NCBI GenBank assembly: GCA_023700925.1
Contig: JAMPXZ010000002.1
Coordinates: forward strand, 1-47,718
Length of the DNA stretch: 47,718 bases
Direction: 5' to 3'
Source of the DNA: Oligoflexia bacterium
Lineage (GTDB): Bacteria > Bdellovibrionota > UBA1018
Each line of letters starts with the position of its first letter. The stretch's first letter is position 1. The notes beneath the pieces are model-generated. The model was not told the origin of the DNA and made no database searches. It worked only from the letters and a program-made list of their open reading frames with translations. The position numbers and the translations under genes were made by a program. This document shows positions 36,053-45,252 of the stretch, in pieces.

Positions 36053-38955
36053 ATCTCCATCCAGTTTTTTCCGACCGCCGCGTTCACCTTCAGCGGCACC
36101 GAGAGCTTCATCCCGGAGTGACCGTCGCCCGAAGCTTCCATCACCGTGGTGACGAGCGCGAGCACCTCTTCGGACTCTTCCTTCGGGCAGTCGAGCACGA
36201 CCTCGTCATGCACCTGGATGATGAGCCGGGAGCGGAGGCCCTTCTCGCGCAGCCGCTCGTCGAGCTCCACCATCGCGAGCTTCATCAGATCGGCGGCCGA
36301 ACCCTGGATCGGCGAGTTCATCGCCATGCGCTCGGCGTTGGCGCGGACGGCGCCGTTGCGGGACCGGATGTCCGGGAGGGCGCGCTTGCGCCCGAGAAGG
36401 GTCGAGACGTAGCCGTTCTCACCGGCCTCGGCCACCTGTCGGTCGAGAAAGCGTTTCACCGCACTGTAGCGCTCGAAGTAGCGATCGATCGTTTCCTGCG
36501 CCTCTTTGCGAGGGATCTTGAGCTCCTGGGCGAGCCCGAACGCCGTCTTGCCGTACATCAGCCCGAAGTTGATGGCCTTGGCGATGCCGCGCTGGCGATC
36601 GTCGACCGCCTCGGGGGCGACCCGGAAGATCTCGGCCGCCGTCTGGCGATGCACGTCCTCGTCGTGGCGGAACGCGCGCAGGAGCTCCGGGTCCTGGCTC
36701 ATGTGCGCCAGCAGCCGCAGCTCGATCTGGCTGTAATCGGCGGCAACGAGCACATTACCCGGCGATGGCACAAAAGCGCCGCGGATCCTGAGGCCGCGCT
36801 CGCTGCGGATCGGGATGTTCTGCAGATTCGGCTCCGAACTCGAGAGCCGCCCGGTCGCGGTCACCGTCTGATGAAAAGTCGCATGGATCCTGCCGGTCTT
36901 GCGATCGCGCATCTGCGGCAACGGATCGACGTAGGTTCCCTTGAGCTTGGAGATTTCCCGGTACTCGAGCAGCAGCCGGGGCACCTCGTGCAGGGGCGCC
37001 AGCGCCTCGAGAACCTGGGCGTCGGTCGAATAGCCGGTCTTGGTTTTGCCCTGAGTGGGCAGGTGAAGCTGCTCGAAGAGCAGCACGGCGAGCTGCCGGG
37101 GCGAGTTCAGGTTCACCGGTCCCTGAGTGTAAGCCGAGATCCGCTCCTCGATGCCGCGCAGCTCACGCGCGAACTCCTCGGAAAGCCCGCGCAGCCATTC
37201 AGTATCGATCGAGACGCCCTCGGATTCCATGCGCGCCAGGAGCGGCACGAGCGGCAGGTCCACCCGCGCAAAGACATCGAGCAACCGCTCCGTTTCGAGG
37301 CGTTCCCGGAGCTTGTGCCACAGGCGCAGCGCGATGAGCGCATCCTCGGCCGAATACCGGGTAGCCAGCTCGACCGGGAGCTGATCAAAGCAGAGCTGAT
37401 CCTTCCCTTTGCCGCAGACCTGCTCGAACGTCAGGACCGTATAATCGAGGTAATGGGCGGCCAAGGTCGCCAGATTGTGACGTCCTTCGGGATCGAGCAC
37501 ATACGCCGCGACCATCGTGTCGGCGCCGATGCCATCGGGACGGAGGCCCTGCGCGAGGAGCACGCTCCAGTCATACTTGAGATTCTGGCCGATCTTCTTG
37601 TACCGGGGGTCTTCGAGGAACGGCTTCAGCGCCGCGAGCACGCGCTCGGCCGGGAGCTGCACCGGCGCCGGCGCCGCCAGCGTCGCGCGATGTCCGATCG
37701 GGACGTAGTAGGCGAAAGCGGGATCCGAACAGAAGGCGAAGCCGACGAGCTCGGCCTCGCGCGGGTTGAGCGACGTCGTTTCGATATCGAAGCCGAATTC
37801 CCGGGCTTTTTCGAGCGCGCGAACGAGCTCTTCGAGCTCCGCCTCCGTGCTCACCGTCCGGAAGAGCTTGTCCGGCCCGACCTGACCGGCCAGATCGAAG
37901 GCGGCGGTCGGGCGCGGCGCGGGCGCGAGAGTCTCGGGGCCTGCCGCGAGAAGCGCGGGCGCGATGACCGCCGGCACACCACTCGGAGGCACCAGCGCGG
38001 GAACCGCGGAGGCCGTCGCAGCCGTGGCGGGCCCGGAGGTCTCGGCAAGACCCTGCTCGGCATCCTTTTGCCAACGCGCCACGAGCGACTGGAAGTCCAG
38101 TGACAGGAGAAACTGCTGGCAGCTCGGCGTCAGGTGAAAGTGATAACGAAGCTCCTCATCGCGCAAGGTGACGTCGAGGTCCGAGCGCACCGTCGCGAGC
38201 TTCGCCGAAAGCCGCGCGTCGGCGACGTGGGCGGCGATCGTCTCGCCGCGCTTGCCCTTGATCTTTCCTTCGGCCGCCGCCTGGAGAACGCCGTCGAGGG
38301 TCCCATGCTCGCGAAGCAGCTCGCAGGCGGTCTTGGGGCCCACGCCCGGAACACCCGGGATATTGTCCGAGCTATCACCGACGAGCCCCAGGTAATCGCG
38401 GATCTGATCGGGTCTCACGCCCATCTTTTCGAAGACCTCGGCCGGACCGTAGATCTTCTGAGCCATCGTGTCCCAGATGCGTACCCGATCGTTCACGAGC
38501 TGCATCAGATCCTTGTCGCCCGTCACGATCACGACGCGGTTTTCCGGCGACGCAGCGCACCACTTCTCCGTCAACGAGGCGATCAGGTCATCGGCCTCGA
38601 GACCGGGCTCACGATAAGAATGGATTTCGAAATGCCGAACCAGCTCCTCGATCTTCGCGAACTGGGGCACGAGATCCTCGGGCGGTTCCGAGCGATTGGC
38701 CTTGTACTCGGCGTAAAGCTCCTCGCGGAACGAAGGCTCCGGAGAATCGTACGCCACGGCCAGCAGCCGCGGCTGCGCCTCCTCGGCGATTCGAGCGAGC
38801 ATCGTTGCCACGCCATAGACGGCGTTGACCGGCTCGCCGGTCCGGGTGCTGAGCGCCCGGATGGCGAAGAACGCACGAAAAATGAACGAGCTGATATCCA
38901 GCAGGTAGAGCGTCCGCTCAGGCGGACCGAACGAGGAAGAGGGAGGCTTCGGCAT
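36049..38955 (-). CDS. polA: DNA polymerase I
   Basis: 5' nuclease (VVIVTGDKDLMQL, GDSSDNIPGVPGVGPKTA). 3'-5' exo motifs FDIETTSL, QNLKYD and YSAEDA. Pol motif A DYSQIELR, motif B RGIAKAINFGLMYG, motif C IQVHDE. Confidence 0.97.
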   Translation of the reverse strand: MPKPPSSSFGPPERTLYLLDISSFIFRAFFAIRALSTRTGEPVNAVYGVATMLARIAEEAQPRLLAVAYDSPEPSFREELYAEYKANRSEPPEDLVPQFAKIEELVRHFEIHSYREPGLEADDLIASLTEKWCAASPENRVVIVTGDKDLMQLVNDRVRIWDTMAQKIYGPAEVFEKMGVRPDQIRDYLGLVGDSSDNIPGVPGVGPKTACELLREHGTLDGVLQAAAEGKIKGKRGETIAAHVADARLSAKLATVRSDLDVTLRDEELRYHFHLTPSCQQFLLSLDFQSLVARWQKDAEQGLAETSGPATAATASAVPALVPPSGVPAVIAPALLAAGPETLAPAPRPTAAFDLAGQVGPDKLFRTVSTEAELEELVRALEKAREFGFDIETTSLNPREAELVGFAFCSDPAFAYYVPIGHRATLAAPAPVQLPAERVLAALKPFLEDPRYKKIGQNLKYDWSVLLAQGLRPDGIGADTMVAAYVLDPEGRHNLATLAAHYLDYTVLTFEQVCGKGKDQLCFDQLPVELATRYSAEDALIALRLWHKLRERLETERLLDVFARVDLPLVPLLARMESEGVSIDTEWLRGLSEEFARELRGIEERISAYTQGPVNLNSPRQLAVLLFEQLHLPTQGKTKTGYSTDAQVLEALAPLHEVPRLLLEYREISKLKGTYVDPLPQMRDRKTGRIHATFHQTVTATGRLSSSEPNLQNIPIRSERGLRIRGAFVPSPGNVLVAADYSQIELRLLAHMSQDPELLRAFRHDEDVHRQTAAEIFRVAPEAVDDRQRGIAKAINFGLMYGKTAFGLAQELKIPRKEAQETIDRYFERYSAVKRFLDRQVAEAGENGYVSTLLGRKRALPDIRSRNGAVRANAERMAMNSPIQGSAADLMKLAMVELDERLREKGLRSRLIIQVHDEVVLDCPKEESEEVLALVTTVMEASGDGHSGMKLSVPLKVNAAVGKNWMEI

Positions 38956-38990
38956 AATTCCTCCCTCATAGCACCTTTTGTCCGTTTGGT

Positions 38991-39470
38991 TCAGCCCGTT
39001 TGAGGCTTGTACTCGATCACCTCGGTGTCTCCCATCACGTCACCGAGGCGGTGGCCCGCCTCCACGCTGACCATCAGGTAGACTTCCATGATCATCAGGG
39101 GCACACCGAGGAGAACCAGGATCAGCCAGCCCCAGACCGGGATAATGGCAAAGAAGGTCGCCACGCCCACCGGCGTGTTGCGAAGAAGCGAATCACGGTA
39201 GGTCGCGGGCGCGCGCGTGCGGACATGCACCACCCGGAGCTTCATGATCCTCTTGCCGACGCTTTGCCCGGAGAACGGCCCGAAGCTCAGCCCATCGGCC
39301 ACCAGGCTATAGAGAAAACCCAGGAGCGGACCCAGCGGATACGGCAATATGGCCGCTACCGCAATAATCAGCAGGATGTCGATCATCTTCGCAGCCACGC
39401 GATTCATGACATTGACCTTGGCGGTCGCCGAGGGCGTGGATTGCGAATTCAAGGCCAGTCCGATCAGCAT
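38991..39470 (-). CDS. RDD-family membrane protein
   Basis: NRVAAKMIDILLIIAV...GQSVGKRIMKLRVV is the RDD-type pattern, with three hydrophobic segments. ATG 39407 is an alternative start. Lies 35 nt upstream of polA on the same strand. Confidence 0.75.
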   Translation of the reverse strand: MLIGLALNSQSTPSATAKVNVMNRVAAKMIDILLIIAVAAILPYPLGPLLGFLYSLVADGLSFGPFSGQSVGKRIMKLRVVHVRTRAPATYRDSLLRNTPVGVATFFAIIPVWGWLILVLLGVPLMIMEVYLMVSVEAGHRLGDVMGDTEVIEYKPQTG

Positions 39471-39635
39471 CGTTTTTGACGCGTCCCTTTCTCAGTCGGG
39501 GTTTCCGCTGCGCGGCAGCTCAAAGGTCCGGCTCTTGCGTGCATTCACTTGCGCCGGGCGGTGTGAGCTGCTAGACAATTTGTTACACTCAATTTTATTA
39601 GGAAATACTCATAGTAGAAAGGACTTTTATCACCC

Positions 39636-39968
39636 ATGGCTAACTCCACGCATGTCGCCGCTACCACTGACGCTAATTTCGAGACGGAAGTCCTGAAAGC
39701 CGGGCAGCTGGCCCTCGTCGACTTCTGGGCGGAATGGTGCGGGCCCTGCCGTATGCTCGGCCCCACGATCGACACTCTGGCCGATGAGTTCGCCGGGAAG
39801 ATGAAGGTCTTCAAGATGAACGTGGACGAGAACCCGGCCACGCCGAGCCGCTTCCACATCCGGGGTATCCCCACGGTGCTGTTCTTCAAAGAAGGTCAGC
39901 TCGTGGACCAGCTTGTGGGCAACCACCCGAAGGACACCATCCAGCAGGTGATCGAAAAGCACCTTTGA
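39636..39968 (+). CDS. trxA: Thioredoxin
   Basis: VDFWAEWCGPCRMLGP active site. 110 aa. Confidence 0.96.
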   Translation: MANSTHVAATTDANFETEVLKAGQLALVDFWAEWCGPCRMLGPTIDTLADEFAGKMKVFKMNVDENPATPSRFHIRGIPTVLFFKEGQLVDQLVGNHPKDTIQQVIEKHL

Positions 39969-39983
39969 TCATTCTCGTAAATC

Positions 39984-40003
39984 ATTTGACCGCCCCGTCA
40001 AAT
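39984..40003 (+). terminator. Hairpin after trxA (possible terminator)
   Basis: atttgac-cgcccc-gtcaaat gives a 7-bp stem. It is followed by ccgctattcttt. Confidence 0.4.
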
Positions 40004-40008
40004 CCGCT

Positions 40009-40026
40009 ATTCTTTAATTAAAGAAT
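40009..40026. promoter_or_regulatory. Perfect 18-bp AT-rich palindrome upstream of the exbB-like operon (candidate operator)
   Basis: ATTCTTTAA|TTAAAGAAT lies 41 nt upstream of ATG 40067, in a locally AT-rich stretch of a GC-rich genome. Confidence 0.35.
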
Positions 40027-40066
40027 TCAAGGACTCACCTACCCTGGAAATAGGAGACTCAAGCTC

Positions 40067-40738
40067 ATGGAATCTACGAGCTTCATCAACAGTTTGATTT
40101 CGGCGTTCCAAACCGGCGGCGCGTGGATGATCCCCATCGCCATCTCGCTGGCGGTCTCGGTGACTCTGACCCTGGAGCGCTTTTATCGCCTTTTCGTCCA
40201 GTACAACGTTGACGGCGCCTCCTTCATGTTCGAGGTCCAGAAGCACATCCTGGCCAATGACATCGACGGCGCGATCCGGCTCTGCAACGGCGCGGGCAAC
40301 AAGTCGCTGGCGAAGGTGATCAAGGCGGGCCTGCAGCGGGCGGCCCGTGACGAGAACCAGATCCAGAACGCGATCGACGCGGCGAGCCTTGAGACGATTC
40401 CGAAGCTTGAGCGGCGGCTCCCCTACCTGGCCCTGATCGCGAACATCGCGACCCTGCTGGGACTGCTCGGCACCATCAGCGGCCTCATCAAGTCCTTCGC
40501 CGCCATCGCGCAGGCCGATCCGGCCCAGCGCCAGGCGATCCTTTCGGCCGGTATCTCCGAAGCGATGAACGCCACGGCCTTCGGCCTGATCACGGCCATC
40601 TTCACCATGATCGCTCACAGCATCCTCTCGAACCAGGCCAGCCGCCTGCTCGAGGAGATCGACGAGTTCGGCGTGAAGCTGCTGGACCTGCTCTCGGCCC
40701 GTAAATACCGCCAAAACGGACAAAAGGCGGAAGGATAA
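40067..40738 (+). CDS. MotA/TolQ/ExbB-family proton channel (AglR-like position)
   Basis: Three TM segments with the ExbB/TolQ signature LPYLALIANIATLLGLLGTISGLI...ISEAMNATAFGLITAI. Confidence 0.9.
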   Translation: MESTSFINSLISAFQTGGAWMIPIAISLAVSVTLTLERFYRLFVQYNVDGASFMFEVQKHILANDIDGAIRLCNGAGNKSLAKVIKAGLQRAARDENQIQNAIDAASLETIPKLERRLPYLALIANIATLLGLLGTISGLIKSFAAIAQADPAQRQAILSAGISEAMNATAFGLITAIFTMIAHSILSNQASRLLEEIDEFGVKLLDLLSARKYRQNGQKAEG

Positions 40739-40744
40739 GTCCCA

Positions 40745-41290
40745 GTGCTCAAGCGTCCCAGCTCCCGGCGCAAATCTTCCTCCGAAGGGATCAACCTGAA
40801 TCTGGTGCCGATCCTCGACACCATGGTCACGCTGATCGGCTTCCTGCTGTTCACGACGTCCTTTCTGTCGATCGTGCACATCGAATCACCCTTCCCCATT
40901 TCGAGCGAACGGGACATGGAAGAGCAGCTCAAGGAAAAGCCCCTGCAGCTCACCGTCTCGCTTCACGATGGAGATACGGAGATCTGGAGCCCGTTCGAGA
41001 AGTTCACCGCGAAGAAGATCCCGCACGCCTCACCTGGACAGCCTGACATCAAGGTGATCCACGAGAGCCTGCTCGAGGTAAAAAAGCAGTTCCCCGGCGA
41101 GACCAAGGTTGTCCTCGTCCCGAGTGCCGGAACGACCTATGATGTCCTGGTGTCGCTCATGGACTCGATGCGCGCCGTCGAGCCGACGGACCCGCCGATC
41201 TACGTGAAGAACGCCCAGAGCGGCAATGACGAAGTGGTCAAGAAACTCTTCCCCGAGGTCATCTTCGGGAATCTCCTGGGGGACAGCTGA
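40745..41290 (+). CDS. ExbD/TolR-family protein 1
   Basis: GTG start with a GGAAGGA RBS. INLNLVPILDTMVTLIGFLLF carries the conserved TM Asp. The periplasmic domain includes VVLVPSAGTTYDVLVSLMD. Confidence 0.88.
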   Translation: MLKRPSSRRKSSSEGINLNLVPILDTMVTLIGFLLFTTSFLSIVHIESPFPISSERDMEEQLKEKPLQLTVSLHDGDTEIWSPFEKFTAKKIPHASPGQPDIKVIHESLLEVKKQFPGETKVVLVPSAGTTYDVLVSLMDSMRAVEPTDPPIYVKNAQSGNDEVVKKLFPEVIFGNLLGDS

Positions 41291-41862
41291 TGGCTTTCCA
41301 GCGCTCGATCCGCTCCCGCCGCGGACGCCGCAAGATCAACCAGGTCTTCGAGCTCCAGCTCACCAGCATGATGGACGTGCTCGTCATCATCGTCGTGTTC
41401 CTGCTCAAGAGCTACTCGACGACGATCAACACCTTTACCACCGTGCCGGGAATGCAGCTGCCCATCTCTCGCTCCGAGGACATGCCGCCCGAGAGCCTGC
41501 AGGTCATCATCACGCCCGAAGCCGTGACCTTCGAGAACGAACGGATCCTGGAGTTCGTCCAGACAGCGGCGAGCCTCGACAGCGGCGAGCCCACCTACCA
41601 GTTCAAGTCGACCGACCTCGATGAGGGCGGACGCCGGATCATTCCCCTCTACGATGCCTTGAGCAAAGCACGGGACAAAGCCGAACTTCTCCGGGCCAAA
41701 TCCAAGACGCGCGACGAGCAGGGCAATCCGCTGCCTTTCGAAGGCGTACTGGCCATTCAAGCCGATAAACGCGTCCAGTACGAGACGGTCCGGCGCGTGA
41801 TGTACACCTCGGCCGCCGCCGGCTACAAGATCTTCCGCTTCCTCGCGCTCCAGAAAGAGTGA
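41290..41862 (+). CDS. ExbD/TolR-family protein 2
   Basis: The ATG overlaps the previous stop (TGATG). LQLTSMMDVLVIIVVFLL and LAIQADKRVQYETVRRVM. Confidence 0.88.
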   Translation: MAFQRSIRSRRGRRKINQVFELQLTSMMDVLVIIVVFLLKSYSTTINTFTTVPGMQLPISRSEDMPPESLQVIITPEAVTFENERILEFVQTAASLDSGEPTYQFKSTDLDEGGRRIIPLYDALSKARDKAELLRAKSKTRDEQGNPLPFEGVLAIQADKRVQYETVRRVMYTSAAAGYKIFRFLALQKE

Positions 41863-41898
41863 TCTTTCAGGCTCGCAAAAAAACCGGAGCATCCCCGT

Positions 41899-41917
41899 TT
41901 AGTTGCCGCGGTACTAG
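41899..41917. repeat. 19-nt quasi-palindromic element, copy 2 (TTAGTTGCCGCGGTACTAG, inverted relative to copy 1)
   Basis: Its reverse complement CTAGTACCGCGGCAACTAA matches copy 1 at 18/19 positions. It again lies at a convergent junction and again supplies the minus-strand stop (CTA 41914-41916). It is again followed by ATC. Confidence 0.8.
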
Positions 41918-43137
41918 ATCACGAACCGGCCGTTTTCGATGATCCTCAAGGCGCGGCCGTCGCTGTCGGTGGCCTCGACCGAGACCGCTTCCGAACCGAT
42001 CATGAAATCCGTGTGCAGCAGCGACTGATTGGCGCCGGCAGCGACGAGCTCCTCTTCGCTCAGCCCCTCGCTGCCCTCGAACGCCAGCCCGATCGCCCGC
42101 CCGAGCGCGATGTGACAGGCGGCATTCTCGTCAAAGAGGATGTTATGGAAGACCCGCCCCGACTTGAAGATCGGCGATGAGCCGTCGACGAGGGCGACCT
42201 CGCCGAGGCTTTTCGCGCGCGGATCGATCGAAAAATAGCTCTCGAGCAGGTGCTTGCCGTAGCTCGCGCCGAAGTCGACCACCTGGCCGTCCTTGAACTC
42301 GAAGTAGGCGTCTTCGACGTTGTCACCGAGCACGTTCACCGGCCGGGTGACCTTCACCTTCCCTTGAGTCAGGCGGAAATCCGGAGTCGTGAAGACCTCT
42401 TCCGAAGGCAGGTTCGGGAAGAACTCGCCCTCCTCCTGCGCGATGGCGCCGCCCACCCATTTGGAGCGCTGACAAAGCCCGATCCGAAGATCCGTGCCGG
42501 GCCCCGTGAAGTGGAGCTCGCGCAGCTTCCGCTGGTTGAGCGTCCGGCAGCGGGCCTGAAGGGCCTCGGAGTGCTTTTTCCAGCTTGCGATCGGATCGGG
42601 GCCCTCGAGCCGCAGGATCGCGCTCAGGTCCTTCCACATCAGCTCGAGCGCCTTCTCGCCTTTTTCGCCGGTGACCTTCTCGGCCCACTTCGGCGTCGGC
42701 AAAGCCACGAGCGTCCAGGAGCACTTGCCCGTGCCGGTCATCTTCATGAGCGGCTGGTTCACAAGCGTATTGGCCTTCTGAACGATGGAGTTGCGCTGCT
42801 GGTTCATTTCCTTGAAGATGTCCGGGTCTTCCATGCCGCCGACATGGATGAAGGACCAGCGCTCGCCCACGTACTGCTCGATCTGCGCCTTCCGGAAATC
42901 GGGAACATAAGGCAGGAACTCCTCCCGCTGCGAGAGGCTACGGTGAATCACGACCCGCGGAATCACCAGCTCCGTGTGCACGAAGGCCGCGCCGCTCTCA
43001 TAGAGCTTGCGGGCCAGGAGCGCCACGAACGGCGCATGGATCGACTCGGCCGTGACGACGACCTTCTGCCCGGGACGGAAGTTGATGCCAAAGCGGATGG
43101 CGAGCTCCGCGATCTTCTCGTAGTTCTGCTGGAGCAT
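41914..43137 (-). CDS. M29-family aminopeptidase (PepS/AmpS-like)
   Basis: ATG 43137 gives MLQQNYEKIAELAIRFGINFRPGQKV. FPNLPSEEVFTTPD, LFDENAACHIALG and LLHTDFMIG are typical of thermophilic-metalloprotease M29. It starts 5 nt after the upstream stop. Confidence 0.85.
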   Translation of the reverse strand: MLQQNYEKIAELAIRFGINFRPGQKVVVTAESIHAPFVALLARKLYESGAAFVHTELVIPRVVIHRSLSQREEFLPYVPDFRKAQIEQYVGERWSFIHVGGMEDPDIFKEMNQQRNSIVQKANTLVNQPLMKMTGTGKCSWTLVALPTPKWAEKVTGEKGEKALELMWKDLSAILRLEGPDPIASWKKHSEALQARCRTLNQRKLRELHFTGPGTDLRIGLCQRSKWVGGAIAQEEGEFFPNLPSEEVFTTPDFRLTQGKVKVTRPVNVLGDNVEDAYFEFKDGQVVDFGASYGKHLLESYFSIDPRAKSLGEVALVDGSSPIFKSGRVFHNILFDENAACHIALGRAIGLAFEGSEGLSEEELVAAGANQSLLHTDFMIGSEAVSVEATDSDGRALRIIENGRFVI

Positions 43138-43142
43138 TTGCC

Positions 43143-45239
43143 TTACCGTTTCGTCGGGTTGAACTTGAACGGGTACGTGACCTGCACGATCCCCACCCCG
43201 CGCGGGATCGGAAAATCGATCCGTCGGATGACGTTCAAGACGCAACGTTCGGTATTGGCATGCCTGAGCGTGGTCGACTCGATGCCCGCCTGGGTCACCC
43301 GGCCCGTCGAGCCGATCACGAAGCTCGTGCTCACACGGCCGGAGAGATCGGGATGCTCGGCGTTGATCTCTTTCTCATAGCAGAGCCTGAACTCGTCCCG
43401 GTGCGCGAGCAGGGCCGCCTCGACGGCGCTCGCGTCGATGGAGCCCATCACGACGGCCTCTTCCGGCCCGCCGGTCCGGATCGCCACGCGCGCCTTGCCG
43501 CCGATGATTCCGGAGCCGGAGCCTTCGGCGCCCTTGCCGGTGCCGACGCGCCCACCGCCCGTTCCACGATCACTGAGCCCGCCCAGGCTGTCAGCGGTGC
43601 CGCCGCCGCCCTTGCCGGTGCCCGAGAGCGCAAGCCCCCCGTTGCCTTGAGTGGTGAAGCCGCCGAAGCCCTTCAGTCGCTCTCCGCCTTTGCCGAGCTT
43701 TTCGGCGCTATTGCCGAGGATATTGGAGATCCGGGCGCCCGCGGAGTTCAGGAAATCCACGTTGCCGATGCTTTGAACCTCGCTGTCGCCGGCGCCGCGG
43801 CCGGGGCCGCCCTGAGGCGCGGGACGATAGGCCATATCCTGCGGCTTGCCGCCCGGGGCCGCGTTGGGCTTGCCGCGCGAGCCCTCCTTGCCTTTGGCGC
43901 GCGCGCCACGGCCTTCACGCGCTTCCTTCTGACCGGGGGATTTCTTCTTCGAGCCGCCGGGAGCTTTCGCGACCGTACTCCTGCCATCAACCTTCATTTC
44001 CTTGGGGACGGGCTTGTTGACGTTCGCCGCGTTCGGTTTGATGTCGAGCTTCACGACCTGGGTCGGCTTCGGCTCGGGGGTCACGGGCCTGGCCTTGACC
44101 GGTTCGGGCCGCACGGGTTCGCGTTTCACCTGCCGCGCCGTGTACTTCTCGGGCTGGTAGAGGATCGTCGCGATGCGCTCGGGGATCTGCTCGGCCTCGA
44201 GATTCTGCGGCACGTTCGCGTTCATGATCGCCGCGATCGTCGCCGTGGTGAGCAGCATCGAGGTCACGAAGATCTTGAGAAAGAACGGATCCCGATCCAT
44301 GATCCGGCCCGGCTTCACGCTGGGCGGAGCATCGGTGTAGCTGAGGTAGAAGTCGACCTCGCCGATGGACACCTTGGCGAAGTCATCGCCACCGAACGGA
44401 ACGCCGTAGCTCTGCGGCCCGGTCACGCTCGCCCCCTGCCGCACCTCTTCGAAATCCTGCAGCCGGCCCTTGCGCTGGATCACGCCTTTCATCTGCGGAT
44501 CGAGATTCAGGACAAAGTCATGACCGCTGCGGGTCACGAGCGCAAAGCGGCTCGCCGACAGGATCGGCGGGATGCCGAAGTGGCTGTTGCGACCCACGCC
44601 GACGGTCACGCTCTTTTCCTTGCTGAAGTGCTCCACGCCCAGGATCGTCCCTCTCCAGGACATCACGACCTGGAGCGCGCGCTGATGCGAAGCGCTGAAG
44701 TTGAAGATCTGCTCGACCTCGTGACTGCTCTCCAGGAGCAGCGGCTCGAGATCCTCTTCGGGATTCAAAAAGAGCGGACGCCCATGCGACTCGCGTACCC
44801 GCTCGCGCGGCACCATGGTCGCCGGATCGGTGATCGAGAAGCTCAGCTCATGCGAGCCGATCCGCAGCCGGTCTCCCGGCTTCAACACCCCGGTGATGAC
44901 CCTGGCGCCGTTGACCAGCACGCCGGTATCACTTGCGAGGTCATAGATGGTCGCGCCCGGCTCACCCGAAAGCGCACCCGTGATCTCGACGACCGCATGG
45001 ATCGGCGCGACCCCCTCGCCGCTCAGCCTCACGTCCGCCGAGATGACCGAACCGATGACGATCCGGTCCTTGGCCAGCCGGAAAACCGTCTGCTGCGTGG
45101 GATCCGGCGTGGCGCCCGGCGCGGGCTGCAACGAGAACACGGCCGCCTTGCGGGCGATCGCTGCCGCCGGAACCGGCGTGTTCCCTTCCAGATCCTTCGT
45201 GATTGTCCCGCCAAATTGATCTTCGCGATCGTTCGTCAT
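43143..45239 (-). CDS. FHA-domain / TM / Pro-Lys-Gly-rich linker / AgmX-PglI C-terminal (TonB-C-like) protein; GltG/PglI-like gliding-motility component
   Basis: FHA domain (RIVIGSVISADVRLSGEGVAPIHAVVE...YDLASDTGVLVNGARV...RIGSHEL), followed by a second FHA-like segment. TM segment FFLKIFVTSMLLTTATIAAIM. The C-terminus SIDASAVEAALLAHRDEFRLCYEKE...CVLNVIRRIDFP matches the AgmX/PglI C-terminal pattern. Confidence 0.8.
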   Translation of the reverse strand: MTNDREDQFGGTITKDLEGNTPVPAAAIARKAAVFSLQPAPGATPDPTQQTVFRLAKDRIVIGSVISADVRLSGEGVAPIHAVVEITGALSGEPGATIYDLASDTGVLVNGARVITGVLKPGDRLRIGSHELSFSITDPATMVPRERVRESHGRPLFLNPEEDLEPLLLESSHEVEQIFNFSASHQRALQVVMSWRGTILGVEHFSKEKSVTVGVGRNSHFGIPPILSASRFALVTRSGHDFVLNLDPQMKGVIQRKGRLQDFEEVRQGASVTGPQSYGVPFGGDDFAKVSIGEVDFYLSYTDAPPSVKPGRIMDRDPFFLKIFVTSMLLTTATIAAIMNANVPQNLEAEQIPERIATILYQPEKYTARQVKREPVRPEPVKARPVTPEPKPTQVVKLDIKPNAANVNKPVPKEMKVDGRSTVAKAPGGSKKKSPGQKEAREGRGARAKGKEGSRGKPNAAPGGKPQDMAYRPAPQGGPGRGAGDSEVQSIGNVDFLNSAGARISNILGNSAEKLGKGGERLKGFGGFTTQGNGGLALSGTGKGGGGTADSLGGLSDRGTGGGRVGTGKGAEGSGSGIIGGKARVAIRTGGPEEAVVMGSIDASAVEAALLAHRDEFRLCYEKEINAEHPDLSGRVSTSFVIGSTGRVTQAGIESTTLRHANTERCVLNVIRRIDFPIPRGVGIVQVTYPFKFNPTKR

Positions 45240-45252
45240 CTGAAGGATCCCC

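Noticed and set aside
35275-38103. 942-aa ORF on the plus strand
   Set aside because: It lies antisense to an unmistakable DNA polymerase I gene and partly overlaps real + strand genes in another frame. The composition is Arg/Gly/Pro/Ala junk.
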